The notes: generated by a model not told the origin, from the sequence alone. A stretch of DNA of 64,000 bases from Anolis carolinensis (GCF_035594765.1 NC_085847.1:7316001-7380000), one strand, 5' to 3'. Numbered from the stretch's first letter, positions 1 through 12,245 are shown. Translations and numbers: made by a program.

Positions 1-345
1 ATATAGTCATATGATACGATTATATTGTATTATATTACACTGACTTTTATTATATAGATCAGATCCCATAGCATTGGGAATATATAATAAATACAAATAT
101 TATACAATATTATAATCATATAATATACCATAGTAATGATCCAATGCTATAAACTGCTGCAGTTCAAAGCAGATCTTGTGGGATTATCTGCCTTGATATT
201 CTGGGTTATATGACTGTTTGGAAGGCCTGTAGTATCCTGTTTGTATTTTTGGATGCTCTGGCTGGGTCTGATATTAGAGCCTTGAGCTTCTGATGGGAGG
301 GTGGGAACCCACTGCAACTCCCATCGTCCCCGATCCTGTCCCTAC

Positions 346-423
346 CTGTTGCTCGGCCACGTCCTCGTCCTTAGGCCGCCGCTTCCTTCTCCTCCGCCGC
401 CCGAAGGCCTGAGCCGGAGCCAT
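346..423 (-). CDS. DDX54: Probable first coding exon of DEAD-box RNA helicase DDX54 (gene continues beyond window start)
   Basis: ATG at 423 in a CpG-rich patch encodes MAPAQAFGRRRRRKRRPKDEDVAEQQ (basic NLS-like stretch, then acidic), followed by a phase-0 donor CAG|GTAGG at 346/345. Identity rests mainly on synteny (DDX54 lies head-to-head with RITA1 in human); sequence similarity to human exon 1 is weak. Confidence 0.55.
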
Positions 424-429
424 CGCTCC

Positions 430-600
430 CGAAGATCCAGGAAGTTCTGAGCAGAGCCAGCCACGTGCAGGAGAAAGGGTTGCCTCGGGGGCGGAGCTTA
501 GACTCAAGCTTGGCGTGGGATTGGACGAGCGGACGAGCGGGTGGGAGGAGCCTCGTCTAAGCCCCGCCCAGATCTCGCTTCTCGCGCCTGGCAGTGCCTA
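430..600 (-). promoter_or_regulatory. CpG-rich promoter of the DDX54-like gene
   Basis: GC boxes (GGGGCGGAG ~487, CCCCGCCC ~562), ATTGG/CCAAT at ~520 and TCTCGCG at ~580, immediately 5' of the exon. Confidence 0.55.
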
Positions 601-884
601 AGCTCCTCTGTCACTCACAGCATTGGGCACATAGAGATAGTAACAGTAAGACAACTCACTCATCTCACGAATGTGGGTGAGCTTGACCACAGAGATAAGA
701 CTTTTAGACTAACACATTTCATTACAGATTGAGCCTCTCTTGATCAAACTCCTTGGGATTTGGGGTGCACCCACCCTGGAGAATAAATGCAGATGGACAC
801 CCTTTGTACTGCCATGGCATCGTGGGGTGTTGTAGTTTGACACTCTTTGGCCCAGAAGACCTTGGGAAACTACGTCTCCCAGCA

Positions 885-1790
885 TCCCATAGCATTGAGT
901 CATTAGTATAGTATATTATTATATCAGATATTATATTATTTAATATATAATAAATATTATATTGTTTTATATAATGTATAATAATATATTATTTATATAA
1001 CTTATAATATTATATTACTTATATGTAATGTTATTATGTTATAATGTCATATAATAATATATTGTTATATTGAATTACAGTATATTATTTGATCCCATAG
1101 CATTGGGTCATTAATATAGTGCTACATTATTATATTATATAATATTACTATAGTATATTATTATATCAGATATTATCTTATTTATTATATAATATATAAT
1201 AATATTATATTATTTATATAATGTATAATAATATTATATTGCTTATATGTAATATTATTATGTTATAATGTCATATAATAATATATTGTTATATTGAATT
1301 ACAGTATATTATTTGATCCCAGAGCATTGGGTCATTAATATAGTGCTATATTATTATATTATATAATATTAGTATAGTATATTATTATATCAGATATTAT
1401 ATTATTTATTATATAATATATAATAATATTATATTATTTTATATAATTTATAATTATATTATTATATTATGTATATAATTTATAGTATTATCATATTACA
1501 TTATATGCAATATTATTATATTATAATGTCATATATGAATATATTGTTATATTGAATTACAGTATATTATTTGATCCCATAGCATTGGGTCATTAATATA
1601 GTGCTATATTATTATATTATATAATAATATAATATTTTTATTTGTTATATAATACATTATTATATGATTCTAACATATTATATAGTCATATAATATAATA
1701 AGCTATTGTTCTATTATATTTTTTGATCCCATAGCATTGGGTTCTTATTCTATTATACTATATTATTATATAATAATGTTATATTTATTT
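885..1790. repeat. AT-rich minisatellite, ~150-260 bp units
   Basis: Anchor (GA)TCCCATAGCATTGGGTCATTA recurs at ~885, 1091, 1315, 1573 and 1725 (also ~62), separated by near-identical AT-rich blocks. Confidence 0.85.
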
Positions 1791-2050
1791 ATTTATTTAA
1801 TACATTTATATCCCGCCCTTCTCACCCCGAAGGGGACTCAGAGCGGCTTACAAATTAAATTTACATACAATATAATATTATTAGCATAGCGCAATACTGG
1901 CAATGAATTACCATATCGTACTATATCTATCTATTGTAATATTATTAATAATATTACATGTAATATATACTTGATTTTATTATATTGCATTATTAGTATT
2001 ATCTTGTATTACAAAATAATATTATTAATATTATATGCATATTATATTAT
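1790..2050 (-). mobile_element. AT-rich retroposon with L2-type 3' tail
   Basis: Reverse strand reads ...TTGTAAGCCGCTCTGAGTCCCCTTCGGGGTGAGAAGGGCGGGATATAAAT then (TAAA)n. The same family occurs at 16225-16500, 55270-55577 and 56500-56800. Confidence 0.65.
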
Positions 2051-2082
2051 TTTATATTCTCATATTATATATTATTATATTA

Positions 2083-2558
2083 CTAGCTGTGCCTGGCCAC
2101 GCGTTGCTGTGGCAAAGTGGTGGTGGTATTGGTTAAAAATTGTTGTGTAATTTTTATTTGACGTTATTTGTATTCTTTAATTAATTTTATTGTAAGTTAT
2201 CTTTTTATTTATTATATTTTATTATTTTCTTGTATAATTTTTAGTTATTTTTTGTTATTATGGTATTTTATTGCATTAATTTTTTAGTGTTTTTAATTAT
2301 TTTTAGTGTTTTTTATTATTTTTATTGGGTTGCTAGGAGACCAAGTTGGAGGAGCTTAGCCTTCTAACTGGCAGCAATTGGATAAAAGCAATTATTCCTC
2401 TCTCTCTCTAATTAGGACTTTATTTTTCTTTTCTTTTTGTTGTATCAACCTAGAGGCGTGGATGATGGGTTGTGTCGTCAAATTTCGACGTTGGGGGGGC
2501 CTGTAGTTTTGTTGTTTTGTGGGTCGCCGTGATGCCATCACTCTTTTATATATATAGA
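2083..2558 (-). mobile_element. Non-autonomous Helitron
   Basis: Minus strand begins TC (TCTATATATATAAAAG) and ends CTAG, preceded by the hairpin GCCACAGCAACGCGTGGC. Inserted between A and T with no TSD. Confidence 0.85.
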
Positions 2559-2769
2559 TATTATATTATATTATGTTATATTATTTCTTCAGTTTAGATG
2601 TACCCTGAGATATTTTCATGAGAGATCTGGGGTATGACACCCAAGCCTAAAGAAGACAATCATTGATGTTGCATAGACACACAGCCTGCAATATAATATG
2701 TTGTGTGTGTGTTCATGAAACCAAGGCATCAGGAAGCAAAGCATAGAAGCCAGCAAGTTCCTGCCTGGC

Positions 2770-2875
2770 TTTAACCAAGAGCGGCGAATGGGAACCGGAA
2801 GTGAAGGGTTGTGCCCGGCCCTCTTTGGTGCGGAGCTGCTGTGGCCAAAAGAGGGGCCAAGGAGGCGAGCAAAGC
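2770..2875 (+). promoter_or_regulatory. RITA1: RITA1 promoter and probable exon 1
   Basis: CpG-rich, with an ETS/GABP motif CCGGAAGTG at 2795-2803 and a donor AAGC|GTAAGA at 2875/2876. The next acceptor is CCCAG|GAG at 4420/4421. Confidence 0.55.
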
Positions 2876-3177
2876 GTAAGATCGGGGGCGAAGGGGGCCA
2901 GGGGCCGGGCTCATGGGGTGGGAGTGCAAAAGGAAAGGGCAGAGCGTGCCTCAGGCCGGGTGCAAAAGCCAGGGCTTGGTTGCATTGGCTGCTTTGCAAT
3001 CGTTTCCCAGGGAAGCAAGATGCAAACAATGAACAGGCTGCATCTTCTGCTCTGACCTCTCTTGAACTGCTTTGGCTCCAAGGTAGTGGATCCTGGGAGT
3101 TGTAGTTCGGCCGGAAAGGCTCCAGACCTTGGGAAACTACAACTCCCGGCAGCCATTCCACAATGTAGGTCAGTGAT

Positions 3178-3236
3178 TCCCAAAGAGGGCGCTACCGCCC
3201 CCTGGTGGGCGCTGCAGTGATCCAGGGGGGCGGTGG
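3178..3236. promoter_or_regulatory. Cluster of CTCF-like motifs
   Basis: CCACCAGGGGGCGG on the minus strand at 3195-3208 (near consensus), flanked by CCCAAAGAGGGCGCTA (3179-3194) and TCCAGGGGGGCGGTG (3221-3235) on the plus strand. Confidence 0.55.
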
Positions 3237-3254
3237 TGGCACCTATTAGGACAC

Positions 3255-3560
3255 GGGGGCGGGGCCAGGAGAGGGGCGGGGCCTCTTCCCAAGTGCCGGA
3301 GACAGGGCTGAGCATCCGAGGCGCCTGTTAGGACACACAGGGGGCGGAGCTAGAGGAGTGGGCGTGGCTTCTTCCCAAGAGCCCGAGACAGGGCTGAGCA
3401 TCTATACCTCTCCTGAGGCGCTTGTTGGGACACAGAGGGTGGAGCTAGGGAAGGGGGCGGGGCCTCTTCCCAAGAGCCTGAGACAGGGCTGAGCCTCTAT
3501 ACCTCTCCTGAGAGGCCTTTTAGGACTAAAGGGCGGGGCTAGGGGCAGGGGCGGGGCTCA
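3255..3560 (+). repeat. GC-rich tandem repeat (~90-100 bp x3) with GC boxes and G-quadruplex potential
   Basis: Unit GGGGCGGGGCCTCTTCCCAAG...GAGACAGGGCTGAGCATC... is repeated three times; G-runs at 3531-3557. Confidence 0.75.
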
Positions 3561-3815
3561 GTATTTACGAATTTAGCATCAAAATATCATGATATATTGA
3601 AAACATTGACTACAAAAATGGCTTGGATAATCCAGAAGCTTGGATAAGCGAGGCTTGGATAAGTGAGCCTCTACTGTATTATTATTAGTATCCAATTGCT
3701 CTTCAGGGGCTTCTATTATTATTATTATTATTATCATTTGTATCTCATTGCTCTCAAGGAGCTATTATTATTATTAGTATCCTATTGCTCTTTAGGGGCT
3801 TCTATTCTTCTTCTT

Positions 3816-3846
<31 letters not shown>

Positions 3847-4242
3847 TCATTTGTATCTCATTGCTCTCAAGGAGCTATTATTATTATTAGTATCCTATTG
3901 CTCTTTAGGGGCTTCTATTCTTCTTCTTCTTATTATTATTATTATTATTATTTTTATTATTTTCATTTGTATCTCATTGCTCTCAAGGAGCTATTATTAT
4001 TATTAGTATCCTATTGCTCTTGAGGAGCTTCTATTATTATTATTATTATTATTATTATATTTATTATTATCATTTGTATCTCATTGCTCTCAAGGAGCTA
4101 TTATTATTATTATTAGTATCCTATTGCTCTTGAGGGGCTTCTATTATTATTATTATTATTATTAGTAGTAGTAGTAGTATCGTTATTATTATCATTTGTA
4201 TCTCATTGGATAAGCGAGGCTTGGATAAGTGAGACTCTACTG
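3561..4242 (+). repeat. Truncated Tc1/mariner-type MITE end duplicated around a ~110-120 bp minisatellite (about 5 copies)
   Basis: TTGGATAAGCGAGGCTTGGATAAGTGAG(A/C)CTCTACTG at ~3640-3676 and 4206-4242 brackets units TAGTATCCTATTGCTCT...GGGGCTTCTATT(ATT)n...CATTTGTATCTCATTGCTCTCAAGGAGC. Confidence 0.8.
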
Positions 4243-4488
4243 TACATAACGCGCATCATCCAGGACTGAACTCCAGTACAAAGCACCGGGTTTTGGGAAA
4301 AATTCATCGATGCAGTTTGGCACGACTGTAAGCTTCATGGCTCAGTGCTACGGTATCATGGAAGTTGTAGTTTGGTTGAGAAGGTAATCTGTTGCTCTCG
4401 TTTCTTCTTTGTCTGCCCAGGAGAGGCGTCTGAAGCCCTGGCCAAGCGTGGATGGCTGTTCCTGCTGGGACTTGGCTTTGCGGGATCC

Positions 4489-5259
4489 ATGAAGGCCTCG
4501 GCCGAGCTGGGCATTGCCGCCCTCCAGTTCCAGCGCCAGGCGAGAGGCCCCCGGGTCAAGGCCAAGGCCTCCTTCGTGGACGAGACCCTCTTTGGCAGCT
4601 CCGCGGGGCGTCAGGTCCCGGCCGTGGAGTTTGACCCTCCCTGGGCGGAGAGCACAGCCCCTTCCCCGAGACCCTTACTGTGGAGCCCCGAGGTGGGTGC
4701 CAGCCCCGCCAAGGGCCCTCCGTCCGCTGGCACCCCAAGAAAGAGAAATAAATACAGGTATGGGTCCAGTGGAACACACATTACACAGACAGTCCCCGAG
4801 TCACAAACATCTGACTTACAAACAACTCCTAGGCCCCTTCTACACTGCCATATCATTCCGATTATCAAAGCAGATAATCCACATTATCTGCTTTGGACTG
4901 GATGATATGAGTCTATACTGCCGTATATTCCAGTTCAAATTGATACTCTGGATTTTATACGGCAATGTAGAAAGGGCCGTAGTCAGTTTTAATCATGACT
5001 TTTTAAACTCGCGTCTTGTGTTTGCTATATTATTATTATTATATTTATTTATACCCCGCTTTATCTCTCCCGCAGATCTTTGTTCTGTGCATTTTAATGT
5101 ATGTATTTGTGGAAATATGCTGTAATATATTTGATAATGTTTATCAAATCAGGAAGAGAGGGCGGGTTATAAATAAATTATTATTATTACTACTGTACTG
5201 TTATGTGTTTTAAGCTATGTGGTAACTTGCCTCGAGCCACGAGGAGAGGTGGGTAAGAA

Positions 5260-5295
<36 letters not shown>

Positions 5296-5615
5296 CTAAG
5301 TCAAAGACTCTGGCAGAAACCAGTACAGGTGGTCCCAGTGGTGATGGGCACACTGAGTGCCGTGCCAAAAGATCTCAGCTGGCATTTGGAAACAATAGAC
5401 ATTGATAAAATTATGATCTGCCAACTGCAAAAGGCCACCCTACTGGGATCTGCGCGCATCATCCGAAAATACATCACACAGTCCTAAACACTTGGGAAGT
5501 GTTTGACTTGTGATTTTGTGATATGAAATCAAGTATGTCTATCTTGTTTGCCGTGTCATACAATAAAATAATAATAATATCTGGTAAGTGGAGAAAATAA
5601 TTCCTTAATAATTGC

Positions 5616-5664
<49 letters not shown>

Positions 5665-6468
5665 TGTTTTTAGCTATGTGGTAACTCCCCTCAAGCCATG
5701 ATGAGAGGTAGGTAAGAAATAAAAAAATGATGATAATAATAATAATGTAATTATTTTCTCCACTTACCAGATAACTTCATGAGTGCTTTCCTTTCCATGC
5801 TGCTCTGCCTAAAGTTCATACATGGGTCTCCAACCCTAGCAAAATTGTGACCTTTTATTAGTAAATTAAAGAATTGTCCCAACTTCAGAGCTTTGATACA
5901 ATGAACCAGGTGGTAAGATTTCAGTTCATCTCCCTTCCTTTCTTGCCAAAGGCTGAAAAGTCACACTCCATCCTATTGCGACGAGACTCTCTTTGGACCC
6001 AAACCCGGGGAGCAGGAATGGGCCGCCTCTTGGATGTCCGGCAGCGACGTGGCCAAGCTTTGCCCGCTACTTTTGACGCCGCCTTCCGCCTTGAGAGACC
6101 GGCTTGCCCTGTCCCCTCGCCCAAAGGCGACGCCGCTGAGAGCCGTCCACCAGGAAAAGGGGAAAGAAGGCGCCGGAGCCCTGCGCAGAAGGGAAGATGC
6201 TTTCCGGAGACCCCAAGAGAGCGGTTCGGACAGGACCAACCAGGCTGACCTGAGGAGAAGACGCTCGTGTTCCCTTACCCGGCTGTGTAGTGCTTCGGAT
6301 CGGGCTCCGCCTTTGGCGAATAACCCAAGGACAAGTACGCGGCAGGATCGAGCCCTTCTGGTTCCCTCCACGGGGTCTTTTGCGAGACCATGTTCGCAGG
6401 GTTTCTCCGTATCTACCAAGGCAACACGGTCGAGCGACTCCTGTAAACCCAAACCTCCTTGGAAGTAA
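4489..6468 (+). CDS. RITA1: RBPJ-interacting and tubulin-associated protein 1; coding exons 4489-4757 and 5952-6468
   Basis: Motifs ASFVDETLFGS, FDPPW, TPRKRNKYR|LKSHTPSYCDETLFG, SPRPKATPLRAVH and C-terminal KPKPPWK* match RITA1. The GT-AG intron is phase 2 and keeps frame. Confidence 0.95.
4832..4978. mobile_element. Palindromic MITE (Harbinger/PIF-like termini)
   Basis: TIRs GGCCCCTTCTACACTGCC / GGCAATGTAGAAAGGGCC. Related copies at 8379-8578, 12246-12357 and ~155-228. Confidence 0.65.
5301..5578 (+). mobile_element. 3' fragment of R4/Dong-clade LINE in a (TAA)n tract
   Basis: Encodes ...RLWQKPVQVVPVVMGTLSAVPKDLSWHLETIDIDKIMICQLQKATLLGSARIIRKYITQS*, the C-terminus of an RLE-type non-LTR ORF, then a short 3' UTR and (TAA)n. 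Confidence 0.8.
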
Positions 6469-7245
6469 GATGGCTAAGGAAATGACCACCCAATGTTGGG
6501 GTCTCTATGGAGTAGTTGTGCTAGGTGTCATTCCCATTTGTAGACTTTGCCTTCTTTCCTTGGTGCACATGATGTGGGGTAGACGGAGGTGTGTTCATAC
6601 TGTGCAATTATAGCAGTTTGATGCCATTTTAGCTACCTTGGTCCCATCCCATCATTGAATAATATTTGCAACTGTCTTCCCGCCCCAGGAAGAGGTTTTA
6701 GATGTACATGTGTGCCTTCAACTCACTTATAGACTTATTGTGACCTTATCTCCAGCAAGGAATTTTCAAGAGGCGGCTTTGCCACTTCCTTCCTGTGAAA
6801 GAGGGCCTACAACACTTAGGATTCATTGATGGCATCCCATCCAAGTCCTAACCATGGCTGAGCGGGCTTTGCTTCAAGATCAGGCGGCATCTGATGCCTT
6901 TAGAGTTTTTCCAATGTTATCTCGAGTAGAGGTGGGTGAGAAATAAAATAGTAATAGTAATAATAATAAACCAATCTGATTATACTGAAAATATCTGAGG
7001 ATGAGCCCAATGTGTCTAGATCGCCAAAATAAAATCGGAAAGAACAGGCTTTGTGGGGTTTTTTTTAATGAATCCAGATGTGCCTTTGACCTACTCAGAT
7101 GGAGAAAAGGGGATCAATGATGAAAAAAAGTGAGGAAAGGTTCTCGGAAGACTGCTTTTATTAAGGAAGACGCACCTTGACAAAGGGTACCATCTTTTTC
7201 TCTCCATAACCATCTGGGGTACAAAAGGTGGGACGGGGCCGAGGC

Positions 7246-7757
7246 TCACTTCTTGGTGGGCTTCTTCCCTTTGCCCTTCTTCTTCTTCCGCCGAGTGCGC
7301 AGTATGGATCTCACCTGGTAGCCCTTCCAGAAGGCCTGGATGATGGTGGCGGCCCGGACCAGGACAGCCATCTCCTGGTCCGACTTCTCCTTCTGCTCCA
7401 GCTTCATCTTCCGCTCCTCCTTGATCTGGGCGTGCTCTTGGTCCAGGAGGCGGAGCTTCTCCCGCAGGTCAGCCAGGTGTTCCTTCACCACCGAGTAAAC
7501 CACGTCGATTTCTTCAATCTCTTTCTGCAGGGAGGAGCAAAGGGCAGGGGATTGGGGAAAAGCATTCAACTGGGGGTTGGAAAGACTATTTAGGGGGTGA
7601 GGATGGGATCTGTAGTGCCCCCAAAGGTCCCAACAATGGGCATTCAAGAGCCCAGCATCTCTAGGGTACTTTGGGTCCTCCAGATGTTTTTCAACAATCA
7701 CTTCAGGGCCAGGATGGCTGGTGGTGCATCTGCACTATAGAATGAATGCAGTTGGAC

Positions 7758-7807
<50 letters not shown>

Positions 7808-7968
7808 CAAAATTACGATCTGCCAACTGCAAAAGGCCACCCTACTGGGATCTGCACGCATCATCCGAAAATACATCACACAGTCCTAGACGCTTGGGAA
7901 GTGTTTGACTTGTGATTTTGTGATATGAAATCCAGCATGTCTATCTTGTTTGCTGTGTCATACAATAA

Positions 7969-8014
<46 letters not shown>

Positions 8015-11000
8015 CTTACACAAGTATAAATACAATGATGTAAATATAACCAACAGTACATAAAAATCTCACCAATCACATTATAAAAATATAAAATTCC
8101 TAAAATGCATTAGAACCTACTTGAACTGCCATGGGGATCCTGGGAGTTGTAGTTTTCTAGGCTCACACTGAATGCCTTTGGATAAAAGCCACACATACCT
8201 GTTTTTCCACCATCTCGACATCATACTTCTGGACCCAGTTCTCAATTTCCATCTCCACTTTGAATTTCTTCTAAAGGAGATAAAGGCAGGGAAAATGTCG
8301 GCAGATGTCATTTTTGGGTTAGGCCTGAGCAGGATGCCTCAAGTTTCCCCAGGTACAAAAGTACTTTCACACTCCTTAGGCTGGATCTACACTGCTCGGT
8401 ACCCCAGGATCTGATCCCAGAATATCAAGGTGGATAGTCCACAATATCTGCTTTGAATGGGATTATCTGAGTCCAGTTCAATGTGGATTTTCTACAGCTT
8501 GTGAAAGGGGCCTGAGTCTGCACTGCTAGATAATCTGGGATCAGATCCTGGGTTACAGGACAGGGTAGATCCAGCCTTAGAGAGAACTGGGGTGCACAGT
8601 GAAGCCAGGGTGTAGGGCAAACAGCCCAGAAGGTCTCCTGGAAGCAAATGCAGCCTCACAACCTCCCCCTGTTGTCTGCCTCTGCTTTGGCCCTGTCTGA
8701 ATGCCTTTCCCATACCTTCCGGATCGCCTTCTCAGCATCTTGGTTCTCTGCGATGAGGGCGTTGAACTGGGCCCGTAGCTGGTTCAGCTCCTGTTGCAAC
8801 TTGAGGCACTTGGCATGCGCCCCCTGCTGCGCCTCCTTCTGCTGCTCCTCAGCTTCAGCCCGGGTGCGTTGGATCTGGCTGTCGGCACAGTTGGCCAGGT
8901 TGTGCAGCTGGCTCTTGAGCTCCTTGATGATCACATCCTTCCTGGAGAGCTACAGAGCGGGTCAATGGAGATCAAGGCATGTAAAAGCAAGAGTGGCAGG
9001 CTCTGGATGCAACACTGCTCCAGATTTTAGGGAGCAAAGAAGAGCATATGGTCCTGGCCTTTGGCTAGGACAATAAGCGCATCAATCAACCAATCACTGA
9101 GTTGCCAGGGCTTTGTTATGCTTGTAACCTTGAGGTCAGGCCTTGCCAAGCTGTGGCACTCCAAACCCCAGAAATCCCAACTGTTAGGAAGTGAGGAAGT
9201 TGTAGTCCAAAACACCTGGACTGCCACAGGTTGGCCAGGCCTGTTCCAGGTCTGGAGGACCGCTGCATCCCCAACCACATTCCCATCTCCTCCATGTACC
9301 TCCTCATCCCGATCCAGGACTGCGGCAGTTACTTCTTCCTCCAACCAGGCGATCAGCTCCTTGTTTTTTTTGTCCTGCTCGCTCAGTTCCTCCTTCAGCT
9401 CCTTCCATTCTTTGTCCTCCAAGGGAGTAGTCAGCAGCCTCTCGAGAAAGAACATGCGGAACTCGACCAAGCTCTTGAGGAAGAGATTGGCGCTGAGGCG
9501 CTTCCGGCGGGCAAAGCTTCGTATGATCTGGCCAGTCTCGGAGTTGGTGTCGAAGAGGCGCAAAATATTGCGGACGGAGCCCTGCAGACCGTAGGTGACC
9601 AAAGGCAGGTGGCCTGTTGGGTCTTTGGCGGCACCAGTCTTCCTTTTGTGTGTGTCCTTGTGCAGGGGGCCCGTTCCATCGAGGCGGGAGCGTGTGGCAG
9701 TCAGGATGTTGGAAAGCCTCAGGTGTTCTTTCAACGCCCCTGTCAGTTCGGGGCCCAGCACCATACTCGCTGCTTCCAAGTGCTGCATCAGGTATGGGAA
9801 GGTGGTGACGAGCTCGGCCCGCAGGATGGCCTCGTCCAAGACCGACATGATCTTCTTGGTCTCCACCGTGACCAGTCTTGTTCGACCAGGCCCCTGGGCT
9901 TTCATGGGCAGCCTCTGGTTCAGCCTTTTGGCCCGGTACGAAATGACAGGAACATAGGGCAAGTGGGAGGTCGGCTCTGGGCCCGTAACTTCCACTGGGG
10001 AAGAGGTTTCAGATTTGGAGGGAGAGCTTTTGGGCCGATAGATGTGCTCCTGTGGGGAAATTGACAGAGAAATTTATTTATTTATTTACCCTATTTATAC
10101 CCCGCCTTTCTCTACCCCATAGGGGACTCAAGGCGGCTTACATATGGCCATTATTCAATGCCTAAAAAGAACTCATATAAAACATAAACTTAAAATATTT
10201 GCAAATTAAAAATGAATACAGATTGACAATTAAAAAACATACATACAATTAAAATTACGCCATCCAAAAATCATAGTCTAGAGCTGTTCCATGGTCATTG
10301 CACATATTATAAAGACCAGTCTGGCAACACAATTTGGTCGAGATTCTATTTAGTATCATAACAACCAACAAGAAGGTGGCTGCATTTGTGGTCGGAGAAA
10401 GAAAGGCATTTGAAAAGAAATCTTGCCAGCTGTCCCTTCAGAGGCAGAAACTTCCCCCTTTTACCCTATTTCCCCCCAAAAAGAAGACTGAACCAGTAAA
10501 CAAGCCCTAGCATTATTTTTTTCCAAGGCTGGTCATGTAAGCCCTGCCCCCAAAATAAGTCTTAGTTAAGATCGTCAGCCATTACATCCGTTGCAACACA
10601 CGACGGACATAATAATATAATAATAATATAACAAATCCTTATTTATATCTTGTTTTTCTCCCACGAAGGGACCCAAAGCAGCTTCCAACATATTAAATAC
10701 AATACCAAAAAAACAGCAAACAGCGTACTGAATGATAAAATCATAATCAGAGTATATAATTAATTAAATATAAATAAAGAATGTTTTTGACATTAGTACT
10801 TGAAGCAAATGCTAATGTACATTATAATTAAGCTTTTGCAGCTACCCGAGCCTTTGGTTGAGAGATTTTTGTACATGAATAAATGAACAAATGGAGATTG
10901 TTGGACATGAAAAAATCAAGACACTCCCTGAAAATGCCGGTTAGCCCTGTGGCATCTTTTGGAGCAAACCTCCCTCTTCTCTTCGACAACACAACCTTGC

Positions 11001-11292
11001 TATTTTCGGGGAAATACGGTACATCCAGATTGTGTTGAAAGTGATTTCTTCTTTCTTTAAGAAAAGAGGAAATCAAGCTGTTGTTGTTGCCTTCAGGGTC
11101 AACTCTTTCATGGGGTTTTCTTGGCAAGACTGGTTCAGAAGGAGATTTAGCATTGTCTTCCTTTCAGGCTGTTGTCGCCCACATTTAGCCAGTTTCATGG
11201 CTGATAGGGAAAATGAACCCTGGTTGTCCAACCTCAAACCACTATACTACGCCAAGTCCGCAATCAAAATAGAATTACAAATAAATTGAAAC

Positions 11293-11342
<50 letters not shown>

Positions 11343-11932
11343 TTTTTTTTTGTACCCCGCCACCATCTCCCCAGAGGGACTCGGGGCGGCTTACAGATAT
11401 AAAACCAACATACAATAATATCAAATACAAAACACACAAATAAATTTAAAAGGCATTAAAAATCACAGTTTGCGGGTGAACTACAACTCACAACATGCCA
11501 GGTTTTTGCAAATTTTGTTGCATACTGTTGTTGAAATTCCTATCTCCTGCCATATGTCATACAATCTCTGCCAGTAAGATAAAACTGTAGGTAGTCATTG
11601 AAGCATATCAATTACATATTAAACAACTTATACTAAACATGCCTAGATTCACTGGATGCTAGATTTGGAAAGCCACCTAGACCAAACCCCTTCTGCCAGG
11701 CAGGAAGGCACCATCAAAGCCCTCCCGACAGATGGCCATTCAGCTTGCTAATTTGGAAATACTTGGTGACAGGGAGCCTTCTCGCCTGTTTTCTGCCAAA
11801 TCTGAAATCCAGAAGGAATGATGCAACATAAGCCATACTTACCGGGAAACGTGTCTTCTTAACCTCCCTCGTCAAAGAACTCGGCGGCCCTTGAACACAT
11901 TCACTTGTCCCACAGGAAGTGCCCTTCTCCAT
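7246..11932 (-). CDS. IQCD: IQ motif containing D / dynein regulatory complex subunit DRC10; exons 11843-11932, 9300-10049, 8716-8949, 8199-8270, 7246-7524 (~474 aa)
   Basis: All introns are GT-AG, phase 0 and in frame. Motifs: RTRLVTVETKKIMSVLDEAI, KKFKVEMEIENWVQKYD, IQ motif AATIIQAFWKGYQVR and a Lys-rich tail. PolyA signal AATAAA on the minus strand at ~7157-7162. The first exon (11843-11932) is less certain. Confidence 0.9.
7807..7975 (+). mobile_element. R4/Dong LINE 3' fragment in (TAA)n
   Basis: Same 3' end sequence as 5301-5578, flanked by (TAA)n on both sides. Confidence 0.8.
8379..8578. mobile_element. Palindromic MITE
   Basis: Termini GGCTGGATCTAC...GTAGATCCAGCC with internal inverted CCCAGGATCTGATCCCAG / CTGGGATCAGATCCTGGG. 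Confidence 0.65.
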
Positions 11933-12245
11933 TTTTGCCTAATCACTGTTGAAACATAGAGACAATTGTTGGTTGATCTGCTTTCAAACGTTCGCCTCGG
12001 GGGTGGAAAAAAAAACACAATGCTTTTCAAGGCAGCGCTCTCGCTCTGAGATTCCTCCTCTTTTGTCCTGGGAGTCTAGGTAGTCTTTAGGGATGCTGCT
12101 GGACTACAACTCCCATCAGACCTCAGGAGATACCGCTATGAGCATACCACAAGGGGGTTCTGGGGGATGTAGTCCAAGCCCTGGACCTCACTGGATCTTG
12201 AGATGATGGGTGCTGCAGTCCAATCACATTGGGAGACAAACTGGA

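Noticed and set aside
2616-3315. Several 100-180 aa ORFs
   Set aside because: By-products of the GC-rich promoter and repeat; no homology or splice support.
3663-4210. CRISPR-like regular repeats and poly-Tyr/Ile ORFs
   Set aside because: Eukaryotic minisatellite; the spacers are not unique and there are no cas genes.
9061-10064. Long plus-strand ORFs (277 aa, 177 aa)
   Set aside because: Antisense shadows of the GC-rich IQCD exon, with no recognisable domain.
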